Source: Ginglymostoma cirratum (lineage: Eukaryota). Taken from it: DNA of 64,000 nucleotides. The stretch lies in NCBI GenBank assembly GCA_024137785.1, contig JAHRHZ010000098.1:34469228-34533227 (forward strand). The letters are read 5' to 3'. The translations under genes were made by a program, and so were the position numbers. Every line of letters starts with the position of its first letter. Position 1 is the first letter of the stretch. Below, piece by piece: positions 53,012 to 64,000 of this stretch. A model generated the notes under the pieces. That model was not told where the DNA came from. It was given only the letters and a program-made list of their open reading frames with translations, and made no database searches.

Positions 53012-53280
53012 AGGTGACTCAGTGGTTGGCACTGCTGCCTCACAGCACCAGGGTTCGATTCTGCCCTCAGCTGACTACCTGTGTGAAGTTTGCATTTTCT
53101 CCCCATGTCTGTGTGGGTTTCCTCCAGGTGCTCTGTTTTCCTCCCACAAAGTTGTGCAGGCTGGGTGGATTGGCCATGGGAAATGCAGTGTTACTGGAGT
53201 GGGTCAGGGTGGGTTGCTCTTTGGAGAGGTGTTATGGGCTGAATGGCCTGCTCCCATACTGTAGGGATTCTATTCTATTT
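53012..53280 (+). mobile_element. V-SINE / HE1-like SINE
   Basis: gtgactcagtggttggcactgctgcc..ggttcgatt..gtagggattctattctat. Confidence 0.85.
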
Positions 53281-53369
53281 ATAAAAATATCTATCTGTGC
53301 CAATGGTCTGGTGAAATGGCAGGAGTGCTTGTAAAAGAAGATGAAAAGACAGTGGGCCCAGAGAAAGAA

Positions 53370-54100
53370 AGGAATGCATTTGTACAGCATCTTTCAGATG
53401 TCCCAAAAGATTTCTTATCCAATAAAATAATTTTCAACTGTGATCACAGAACAGGAAATATAGTTGCCAATTTGCAAACAGCTAGCTCCTACAAACAACA
53501 GCATGATGATGACTTGATAATCTGTTTTAGTGATACTACTTGAGGGATTAATATGGACTAGGGACTCCAGGGAGAGTACCTTTGCTCTTCTTAGTAAGTA
53601 GAGCCTATGGAGATTTTGCACCCACTTTCAGACTGTAGAACCAGGAGTCACAGCCAAAGGGTACAGGGTAAGCCATTTAGGACTGAGGTTAAGGAGAAAT
53701 TTCTTCACCCAAAGCATGGTGAGCCTGTGGAATTCACTGCCACAGAAAGCTGCTGAGGCCAAAATATTGAATACTTTCAAGAAGGAGTTTGGTATAGTAC
53801 TCAGGGTGGAAGAGATCAGAGGAAAAACATGGGAACAAGGTGCTGAGTTGAATAATCAGCCATGATCATATTGAATGGCGGACCAAGCTCAAAGGGCTGA
53901 ATGGCCTATTTCTGCTTCTACCTTACTTTGCTGTGTTTCAGACAACACCTTGGTTTAGCATCTTATTTGGAAGGTGGCACCTGTGACAAAGTAGCACTGT
54001 TCAGCACTGCAGTGGATTTTCAGACTGCGGTGCTCATATACCCAGAGTGGGACTTGAACTCACAAACTTCTGACTCGTAGGTGAGAGTGTTACCAACTAA
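53370..54100 (-). mobile_element. DeuSINE/SacSINE1-like SINE with a CR1 3' end inserted (53632-53935, +)
   Basis: gccaatttgcaaacagc..gataatctgttttagtgat..gagtgggacttgaac. Partial copies near 4590, 22050, 25100, 27480, 39100, 43050 and 48650. Family name by recollection only. Confidence 0.65.
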
Positions 54101-54237
54101 TACTTATGAGGAAATATTGGATCTCCTTTAAAGGGGACAATGGAAAAGAATTATGAGGCTGGTATAAAGTGTGCACATGAGCTGAATAACCAATATGTGT
54201 TCAAATTTCATTCTGAATAAATGACTGGAAGGTTCTC

Positions 54238-54560
54238 TTTATTCAGCCTTGGAATGAAGGTGTCGCTGGCTGGGCCAACGTTTATTGTCCATCCCTAATT
54301 GCACATGAGAAGTTGGTGGTGAGTGCGTTCTTGAACAACTACAGTTTTTGGGATGGAGGGACTCCCATAGTGCTCGTAGTGGGGGGCAGTTCCAGGATTT
54401 TGACCCAGCGACTCTAAAGGCACAGTGACATGCTTCCAAGTTAGGATAGTGAGTAGCTCGGAGGGGAACTTGCAGAGGGAGGCTTTCCAATGTATCTGCT
54501 GCTCTTGTCCTTCTGGATGGAAAAGATGGTGCATTTACGGGGTGCTGCCTTGATGGTTGG
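54238..54560 (-). mobile_element. LINE family 2 3' end
   Basis: Tail tttattgtccatccctaattgc shared with SINE family 2. Confidence 0.7.
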
Positions 54561-56486
54561 GCAATGGGTTCCTGGCTCATCCCTAATTACCCTGAGGAGT
54601 TGGTAGGGTTGGGGTGTGTACAACTGATGACAGCATTAATAGTTGACATGACTTGAACACAAACCAGAGAACATAGAAGGATTAAAATAAAGAAGCAAGA
54701 GTAAGCCACTTGGTCCCTTGATCTTGCTCCACCATTCAATATCATCATTGCTGACCTTTGACCTTAACTCCATTTTCGTAGCCATATTCCTTGATTCCTA
54801 ATATTCATGGTCAAGAAATCTATTGATCACAGCCTTTCATAACCTCAGTGGCTGAGCAGCAAGAGCTATCTGAGTGAAGATATCACTCCTGATTGTTGCC
54901 TTATCCTGAGTCTATACCTTCTCGATCCAGACTCTTCCATATCTACCTGAGAAGCCCTGTCAAAGTGTTCTATGTTTCACTTATTCTTCTGAACCTTAGA
55001 GAATATAGATCCCAATTATTCAATCTTTTCATCCTCCCATTCCTTAACAACATGACCGAACGGGTGGTTGTTTGCAAAAATCTGCTAGCTTTTGTATGCC
55101 TTATGTACCATGGAGAATGAGACCTGTTCTCCCCACTTGGCACACAACTCAGAAACCCCACCAATGAACCAAGCCAATTTCACACTCTTAACAAGGATTG
55201 ACTCTTAGGTTCACCAATAATCAGAGTAATGGTGACAGCCATAACTGGAATGTGAGGGAAATACAGTCTTAACGTGGAAACCTGGACAAATTGCTGTTGA
55301 CTGAACCCATGCCACCTGCCATTGGCAAGACGTGTCCTTCTATTCTGTCGCTGACTATTTGTACATTTTGGCTTTTTTTTTGGAATTTCTTTACCAATGT
55401 TTTAATCCAGCCAGACCAAAGCCAAACTTCTGGTTAAAAACAGCATTTTCAAACCTCCTATTTTCGGGAAAATAAACCCACAGCCAGTATTTCCCACAAA
55501 TTTGTGGTTGTCAGACCAACACAGCTGGTTGCACCCTGGCTCGGACGAGCTTATGTGAGGCTGTATCCAGCTTCTGTCCTTTAGAACCTTTCAGTAATGT
55601 CATGCCAACAGGCGCCAGTACTGATGATGCGTGATGATTGTGCTCGTTATAGATTTCCTTGTCCTTGAGAGTGCTGAGACACTTGGGGGCTTGTTAATGA
55701 GGTTGAAATAAATTGTAATTGGAACGCCAAGTTTAGTTAAGCCCCTAAGCATTGTGTTTTCCATGATGCAGTACTGTAGTAGGCAGTATTATAAACATTA
55801 GAGAAATTCTGGAGACGAGAATTATATGTAATAACAGAGAGTGGGTAAGATCACAAGTAAATCAAAACTCAGGAGCCCAGCAATTATAGATAACACAATC
55901 AGTAGTTTGATTCTTATTGCAATTAGATCTTTTCATTTTTGCATTAGAGGCATTAACCCACTGAATTCAAGCAGGTTATTTTCTTTGGAAAATATTAGGC
56001 AGAAGGCCATTGTTTGAAAAGAATATGGAACTTTCAGTTGATAGCTGAAATTATAACAGGTCCAAGATTTCATGTTTTTGAAAATATTTACTAAAAGAAA
56101 TGAGTAATGAAGAAGCACTATTTTTGTTTTGTAGGTAATTTATACTTTAAATCAAAGAACATTTCCCTTTTAAACGTATCACCATCACACTGGCCATGGG
56201 ATTACTTTCCTCAGAATAAGCAGTTGCTTTGTGGTTCCACTGGGTTCCTGTATTCATATTTTACCGAGTGGAAACTTTGAGAGACTGTCTCCAGGGGCTG
56301 TTGTCAGGCTTTGGAACACTCGTTAAATCCCCCACCAGTGGTAAAGATTGTTGCAAAGATTCTTCCTTTCCTGGGCAAGTTAATTCAAATATCTTGGAAT
56401 ATGTAGATGGCTACATTTTCCTACTCTAGGTTTGGTCACACGAAGTCTCTGCTGACCCCATAGAACCTTTTTGGCGTTTTGTTTAC

Positions 56487-56656
56487 AATGTGGGGCACCA
56501 GTGTCGGACTGGGGTGGACAAAGTCAGAAGTCGCATGACACCAGGTTATAGTCCAACAGGTTTATTTGAAATCACAAGCTTTCATAGCAGGAACAGTGCT
56601 CCGAAAACTTGTGATTTCAAATAAACCTGTTGGACCATCAGCTGGTATCGTGTGAC
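56487..56656. mobile_element. Family C hairpin element with 10-bp TSD
   Basis: gtccaacaggtttatttgaaatcacaag / cttgtgatttcaaataaacctgttggac; TSD ttttgtttac at 56477-56486 / 56657-56666. Confidence 0.85.
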
Positions 56657-56679
56657 TTTTGTTTACGGTATTGACTTTG

Positions 56680-57848
56680 TAGTATATATAAATGATCTGG
56701 AGGAAAATGTGGGTGGTCTGATAAGCAAGTTTGCTGATGACACCAAAGATAAAAGGTACTGCAGATGCTGGAGAATCCGAGATAACAAGCATGGGGCTGG
56801 ATGAACACAGCAGGTCAAGCAGCATCATAGGAGCAGGAAAGCTTGACGTTTCGGGCCTAGACCCTTCACCCGAAACGTCAGCTTTCCTGCTCCTATGATG
56901 CTGCTTGACCTGCTGTGTTCATCCAGCCCCACACCTTGTTATCTGCTGATGACACCAAGACTGGTGGAGTTGCTGATAGCGCCAACAATTGTGAAAGGAT
57001 ACAACAGGACATAGATAAATTGGCAACTTGGGCACAGAAATGGCAAATGGGGATTAATCCAAACAAATGCAAGGTGGTGCATTTTGGAGGATCAAGTTTA
57101 GGCGTGAATTATATTTTAAATGGCCAACGCCTTAGGAACACAAACATTCAGATAGATCTGGATGTGTAAGTCTACAGTTCCCTGGAAGTGGCAACACAGG
57201 TGGCCAAGGTGATTAAGAGGGCATATGGCATGCTTGCCTTCAGTGTCTGGGGCATGGAGTACAAGAGTTGGTGAAACATGTTGCAGCTATATAAAACCCT
57301 TGTTAAGCTGCATTTGGAGTATTTTGTGCAGTTATGGTCACCACACTACCAGAGAGACATGGAAGCTTTAGAGAGAGTACAGAGAAGGTTCACCAGGATG
57401 TTGCCTGGTTTCCAGGGCATTGACTGTAATGAAAGGTTAAAAAAACTAGGATTATTTTCACTGGAAAGATGGCAGCTGAGTAGAGACCTGATAGAGGTCT
57501 GCAGAATTATGAGAGGCATAGATAGGGTGGATAGTCAGAGGCTTTTTCCCAGGGTTGAAGTTTCAAATACAAGGGGGCACAGGTTCAAGGTGAGAGGGGG
57601 AAAGTTTAAGGGAGATGTGCGAGGGAAGTTTTTCACGCAGAGAGTAGTAGCAGCCTGGAATGCGCTACCAGAAGACGCGATGGAAATGGGCACATTGAAG
57701 ACATTTAAGAGGCATCTGGATGGGTACATGAATAGGGAGGGAATAGAGGGATATAGACCAAAAAATGACAAGTTTGTTTTTAGGGCATGGTGGTCAGCAT
57801 AGGATTGGAGGGCCGAAGGGTCTGTTCCTGTTCTGTACTTTTTCATTT
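56680..57848 (+). mobile_element. CR1-type LINE, RT C-terminal region to 3' end (stops present)
   Basis: YINDLEENVGGLISKFADDTK..WQMGINPNKCKVVHFG..LYKTLVKLHLEYFVQLWSPHY..RGKFFTQRVVAAWNALP. Confidence 0.95.
56747..56943. mobile_element. Young family A hairpin element inserted at the CR1 FADD motif
   Basis: Exact 15-bp TSD tgctgatgacaccaa at 56732-56746 / 56944-56958; inverted arms. Confidence 0.92.
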
Positions 57849-57877
57849 GTTCATTTGTAGGGAAACCTATAACCTGA

Positions 57878-57976
57878 TTTCCTGCTCCTATGATGCTGCT
57901 TGACCTGCTGTGTTCATCCAGCCCCATGCTTGTTATCTCGGATTCTCCAGCATCTGCAGTACCTTTTATCTCTTAT
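57878..57976 (+). mobile_element. Young 5'-truncated family A element
   Basis: Direct repeat acctgatttcctgctc at 57872-57887 / 57977-57992. Confidence 0.9.
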
Positions 57977-59509
57977 ACCTGATTTCCTGCTCTGCATGGC
58001 AACGCGAAACAAAATAACCTTACATGCAGGTAGAAATTCTAACTAGCTTTCCTTGATCCCAATTTCCTTTCAGTTTAGGAGTATATTTAAAGTACAACTA
58101 TTTACAACCTAAGTCCAGCAATGCCATTCAGGGTGTTTGGGAAACTTAGTGTCTCAATGTCAATTCAGAGACTGCTGCCATTCTCTAATTCCTTGCATCT
58201 TCTAAGCCTCCCTTTGTTCTCTAATAACCAGATCCTCCCAGGCTTACTGTCAGGCTAATGTCAACACAGGTCACAATGATACGTTCCCAAAGTATAATAA
58301 TCTGATAAACCCCTCAGTCTGAATAAGCATTTCCCAGTGAGAATTGAAAAATCTTGTTAATAGGACCAATGCATTTCAATAGTCTTGTTATAACCACTCA
58401 CTCCGAGGTGCTCAGTGTTTTCATTAGCACTAATCTGCAAGGCCCTAGCTTCTCAATATATGTGAATAACTAACCAACATTTTTTCTTTAATATTTAACA
58501 CCTCTGATTATCTTTGTTAATAACAGGCACTTCTCCGACACAAAGGTTTGGGGAATGTGTAATTTATATTATAATTTCTATCTGGCATTAAGGCAATGGC
58601 ACCGTTAGTTATTTAAGAAAAAACTTATTGCTGCATCTCCTGCTTTTGTGTAAAATATAATCAGTGTAGCTCAACGTAATATGGAGAATTTAGAGCGCTG
58701 ATTGGAGATTTTTGCTGCTAACGTGTGCTTCACAGGCATCAATCCTGAATCACCACTGTAGAGAAAAATGACCAACAAATGCACTGTAAATCTTCCATTT
58801 TTTTTAAACTGGCGTGGGAATATGGATCAGTTTGCAGCATTCAGAAGAAAAATTGCCCACCATCTTTTAACAGTCCCCAGCATCGCAGCAACAGCAGCTC
58901 TGCCATGTTGAACATATTGATTTAAATTAGGCTGAAAGCTTTATGTGTTCAAGGGGGTACATTGTATGGTTGATTCATAGTTAATTGATTGTAAATGTAG
59001 CCTATTAAAATTTTATGTTGGCTAGCCTGGTTTTGCTGTCTAAGTATTTGTCTATTCCTTCTGTTTATATTTTGGTAATGTACTTTAGTCTGTTCCGGAC
59101 TTTCCATTTTATTGAGTCGTCTAACACCACAGTCCTTTACTGGTTGCAGCCCTCTGTGGAGAACTGCTGCCAGGTCTTCATCAATAATTCTGTGAAGTCA
59201 TTGCTTTGTCCCACAATTTATCTCTGCCTCCTTCTCCTGGCTGGAGGTGGACTGCCAACTGATAATGATGTATCAGAGCTCATCTTGGGGAAGAAAGAGG
59301 GGAGTTACTCACTCATCAGGTTACCATGGAATCACACAGCATCTAAGGTCATTCAGTCTGGCCTACCTGTACTCACCCATTGAAGAGGGTCCACCCACCT
59401 CCCTGTTTTTTCCCCATAACCCTTCTAGAGAAACTATGAAGTTCTGAAGAAGGGGTCACTGAACTCCATACATTAACTCTGTTTTCCCTCTAGCAGATAC
59501 TGTCAGGAG

Positions 59510-59967
59510 AATCCTTACAGTGTGGTAGCAGGCCATTTTGCCCATTGAGCCGACACTGGCCCTCCAAAGAGCATCCCGTCCAGACCCAGTTCCCTTTCCT
59601 ATCTCTGTAACTCTGCATTTACCATTGTTAATTGGCCTAACCTACACACCATTGGACACAATGGACAATTTAGCATCAGAGATAATAGGTGCTGCAGAAT
59701 CCAAGATAACAAGGTGTGGAGCTGGATGAACACAGCAGGTCAAGCAGCATCATAGGAGCAGGAAAGCTTGATGTTTCAGGCCTAGACCCTTCATCAGAAA
59801 TCATGGCCAATCCACATATCTTTGGGCTGTGGGAGGAAACCCACACAGACGCAAGGAGAATGTGCAAACTCCACACAGACAGTTACCCAAGGATGGAATC
59901 GAACCCGGGTCCCTGGCGCTGTGAAGCAGCAGTGCTAACCACTGAGCCACTGAGCCACTGTGCCACC
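59510..59967 (-). mobile_element. V-SINE / HE1-like SINE containing a family A insert (59677-59801, -)
   Basis: SINE ggacaatttagcat|ggccaatccac is split by the insert, which carries CTGATGA-A-GGGTCTAGGCCT-GAAACATC on the - strand. Confidence 0.85.
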
Positions 59968-60493
59968 CTAAAGTTTCCTCCAGCAATTTGTGACTTTGTT
60001 TGTTTCAGAGCTTCATATCCGCAGTTCTCTATTGTGTTATACCCTGAATGTTTTACCTTATATTTTGTCAGACGGAGAGTTTTACAATTATGTTAGAGTC
60101 TTAACTAGTGTATCGATGGTTTTAATTGTTTAACTGTAGATAAAATTTGCTTATTTGTAATAAATAGTAATTTGAGTGCGGAAACCTGGGCCATGTTTTC
60201 TGACAACCTAAGTCTAAAGGCGGGTAATTTGAGGAATTACATACATTTTACAATCTTTAAGTTATGTGATGGCTCCAGGAATAGTGAAGCTTAATTTCCA
60301 GCACTACATCTCAATGAGGTGTAACACTGCACCAAGTCTGATACCTGTAGGTGCCATTGTTTTAGGTCAAACCTTGACTAGAACAGTCTCCTTGATGAGT
60401 CAGTGCATAAAGACAACATTGGGGGACTATCGAACTGTGTTAACCTGGAGACCCCCAGCTCGATCACTAATGTCTGCTCAGTTAGCAGACCTG

Positions 60494-60672
60494 ACGCCAG
60501 GTAATTGTCCAACAGATTTATTTGAAATCACAAGCTTTCATAACTCCTCCTTTGTCAAGTGACCCCCTGACAAAGGAGGAATGCTCCAGACGCTTGTGAT
60601 TTCAAAGAAACCTGTTGGACTATAATCTGGTGTCGTGCTTGTCCAGGCCAGTCTAACACTGGCACGTCCACA
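60494..60672. mobile_element. Family C hairpin element
   Basis: Inverted arms meet at cctttgtcaagtgaccccctgacaaagg. Confidence 0.8.
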
Positions 60673-63600
60673 ACATGACCTCAGTCAAAGCAGCAGCTGG
60701 GCAATGACAATTGTGCTTGGTGATTTAGTAATAGGTAAGGAGGGTATCTTAATAAGATTCACATTCTTCATGGATTCTAGTGGCTTTCCTTGTAGAACAT
60801 GAACATGCCACGGCAAGCGGGAGGTGAGGACTGGTTGTGATCGCTACAAATGGTCTGTGAAGATCGAAGTTAGGCAGATCGAAGACCCTGATTCATTAAG
60901 GGTGCTATCCTTCAGCATTCTGTCATTACGTGCCAAGGTGTCACAACAAGCCTTCGCAAAAGCCTGTATTAAAGAGAATGTAATTAGTTTAACGTCCATA
61001 GCTAAACCGATTCATTGCAGAGCATCACTTCAACAGCTGGAAACAAAGACTGATAGTTTGAAAATGAAATCATTTGCAGCCAAACAGTTGGACTTCCTAA
61101 AGGAGAATATTTCCATTTGCATCCTGTGTGGTTTTATTATTTGCCATAATAAACACTATCTTTTGCTGGGTGTTTTTGCAATTAAAATGAGCTTCAAGAC
61201 CTACTGCGCCCAATAGCTTGGTGGAGAGAGCGAGCAGTGAAAGACTGAACTCCCTAATGTTTTCAACTATGACATAAAAGGGCTGGATCGACAGGAGAGT
61301 CTGTGGTTCCAATACTGATTGTCAGGATTCCGAGGGAATGAGATTGCTGACAGCAGCTTCCATCAGAGCAACACAGCCTCGTCTCTCTAATAACACTCAA
61401 TGCAATAAACAGACAGCCCACAACATTATCTCATGGCAGTGATAATATTTGGCATCTGACACAGGTTGGCTCTAGTGTTAATGCAACTGTTGGACAAATA
61501 GAATCTTCAGTCTGGTACTGCTTCAGTCATCCTGCTTTTGGAGTTTCAGATAGCCAAGAGAATTAGTATCATAGAGGGCTTCAGCACAGAAGAATAACCC
61601 TTTGAGTCTACGCCAGTCATCAACATTCACCTAGTCTATTCTAATCTCATTTTCCAGCACTTGGCTCATCGTCTCGTATGCATTGGCATTGCAAATGTGT
61701 AGGTGCAAGGCTCATGGAGTCTTTCTGTACAGCAAGGTGCAACTGTGAGGGGACCTTTCCTTAAAGGGTTTTGAAGCCTGAGGGAGATTTTAATGCACCT
61801 TTAACATGAGTGTTTAGTGGCGAGTTTTGAATTTGTCAGCCAGCGCAAGTTTTCTCCTAACTTTCCTTTTCTCTTCCTAACACCTTCCTAACATCACATG
61901 CCCTCCTTCCATCTCATACTGTCTGAAATTGGTTAATTGTACCTCATCTAAGTCATCATTGAGGCAATGAGTGGTCTCTTTTCATTCATTCATGGGTTGG
62001 GTAAATTGTTGTCTCAGAGATGCAGTTATTAACTAGCCTTAATTGCCCAGATGGCAATTAAGAATCAACCAACATTTCCTTTAGGAAAAGGAATTTGCCT
62101 TCCTCATTTGGTCTGACCTGCATGTGACTCCAGACAAAGTCGTTGCTTCTTGATATCCCAATGGGCAGTAAATGAGCCAATGATGCCCACATTCCATGAA
62201 CAAATCTGAAAAAGAAAGGGATCAGGGCTTGTGTCCTTCAAAACGCTTGAGCTTAGGCTCACACCTGTCAGACAATTAGGGTGCTGGAAGACAGGGGTCA
62301 CTAGAGGAACTTAATTCTGCAGAGAGTTACCTGTGATTTTAACAGGCTGATAGAATATGAGAGCTGTGCAGGGATCACAGACATTGAAATAAGTTACTGA
62401 GGCAGAGTGAAGGGTTGGTGCCGATGCTGGATGCCTGATGTGTGGAAAATGATTCTTTCATTTGACAATAGCATCTTCCAGCTGGCATATTATAACATTG
62501 TGCCTGTTAAATCCCTGAATCTAGAACAGGTCTAATGAGTCTCTTGGGTTCATCGTATTGTGTAGGCATTTGCCGAGCACATATCACAGTTCAATCTGTA
62601 GTTGAGGCTTGAGCCTCGAGCCAGAGCCTTTTATTGGTGTCAAAGAAACGTGAAGGATGTCAGTGATTTGACAGGATATTCTGCACCAGGAAGCGAAGGT
62701 CAACATTTCGGAAACCCTCCCATCAGAACTAAGGCTGCAATCTGACAGAGAACCACTGTATGAAATGTCAATTTATGTTTTTTTCATTGTATTTAGATTT
62801 TTTTTGATAGATTGATGTATCTTGGGAATCACAGAATTATTACAGAATTAGGCCATTTGCCCTATTAACCTATCATCTCGTGTCAATCTCCTGCCTTTTT
62901 GCTATATCCCTGTGTACCATTACCATCTAAATAACCATCAAATGCTCCTCTTGAATGCCTCAATTTAACCTACCTCTACCACATTTCCAGGTATTTTTCT
63001 ACTTTTTTTTTGTTTTCTTTCGAATGTTGTTAAAATAAATGTAACGGGAAGTTGTTTCCCAAAGACATTTCTGAGATGTGATCGTTATAGCCAAATGACT
63101 ATGAAAGTTGACTGTCTCAAATATGGATGTTTTATTGAGCTTTTGGATTGTAAGAAGACGCGAGGCCAGAATTTCTTTTGAGAAACAAGGCAACAATTTC
63201 TGTAGCATCAGAATTCTCCATGTGTCTGTCAGATATTCTTCAGTAGGCGAGCTAATTAGAGGCATTAAGTTGTAAAGATAAAAGGTTAAGAGCTGTGTAT
63301 TGCTGGGTGTTGTACGGAACCTCTTGTGCCATATGCTAATATTGCAGGTGTGTCTGTGCTGTAACCTTTGAGCATCACAACAGCCTTATTTCAACTGAAG
63401 GTGTTTGGCGGACTTGTGTGGAAGGTCAGTCAACAAGAGCAAAAGGAGTAGGCCATTCAGCCCCCCCTCAAACCTACTCAGGAACAGGAATCGGTCTTCA
63501 ACATCTTGCATCTGTTTGGTAGGAAAAGCAATAAGGCTATTCAGACCCTTTGCTGCAGGAAATGATGCAATCTTTTGCTTATTGGGCCAGTTTCACTGTT

Positions 63601-63702
63601 CAGTGATGTCATATTTGATGTGTACCTTGCCCACATCAGCTCTTTACGCTGAACACAAATTTACTGCTCTATTCTGGACTTAATATTGTATTCAACTCCT
63701 TC

Positions 63703-63985
63703 AGTGGTGCAGTGGTTCGCACTGATGCCTCACAGCACCAGGGACCTGGGTTCAATTCCACCCTCTGGGTGACTGGCTGTGTGGAATTTGCACATTGTCT
63801 GCATTGTTGTGCCCTGGTTTCCTCCCTCAGTCCAAAGATATGCGGGGTAGGTGGATTGGCCATGCTAAAGTCTCCAGGGATGTTTGGGTTATACAGGGGG
63901 AGATGGGTCAGGGTGGGATGCTCTTCAGAGGGGAAGTGTGGACTTGTTGGGCTGAATGGCCTGTTTCCACACTGTAGGGACTCTG
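63703..63985 (+). mobile_element. V-SINE / HE1-like SINE
   Basis: ggtgcagtggttcgcactg..gggttcaattcc..gggctgaatggcctgtttccacactgtagg. Confidence 0.85.
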
Positions 63986-64000
63986 TGAACTCACTCTCAT

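Noticed and set aside
57278-57802. 174-aa ORF as a host gene
   Set aside because: It is the CR1 ORF2 C-terminus; upstream stops and an insertion at the FADD motif make it a dead copy.
59716-60096. Recurrent MxLDEHSRSSSIIGAGKLDVSGLDP peptides as a gene family
   Set aside because: Antisense translation of the family A repeat.

Overview
Repeat-rich eukaryotic non-coding DNA (intron or intergenic). The SINE/LINE repertoire points to a cartilaginous fish (shark); this is an inference. I found no convincing host protein-coding gene, and the recognisable ORF-track hits are decayed retroelement fragments. Content: many CR1-type LINE 3' fragments, a Rex1/Babar LINE, a second CR1/L2-superclade LINE, several tRNA-derived SINE families, probable solo LTRs, three Penelope-like (GIY-YIG) remnants, microsatellites and a 400-N gap. 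The most notable signal is about 20 short (~100-200 bp) Penelope pLTR-derived pieces from four sequence families (A-D). Wherever the motif region is retained, it matches a minimal type-I hammerhead ribozyme: CTGANGA-N, stem II, GAAA, loopless palindromic stem III, cleavage base. Many pieces are discrete insertions with 8-17 bp target-site duplications (TSDs), often as hairpins joined at the ribozyme, and one subfamily looks very young. Boundaries of old repeats were read by eye and are approximate.
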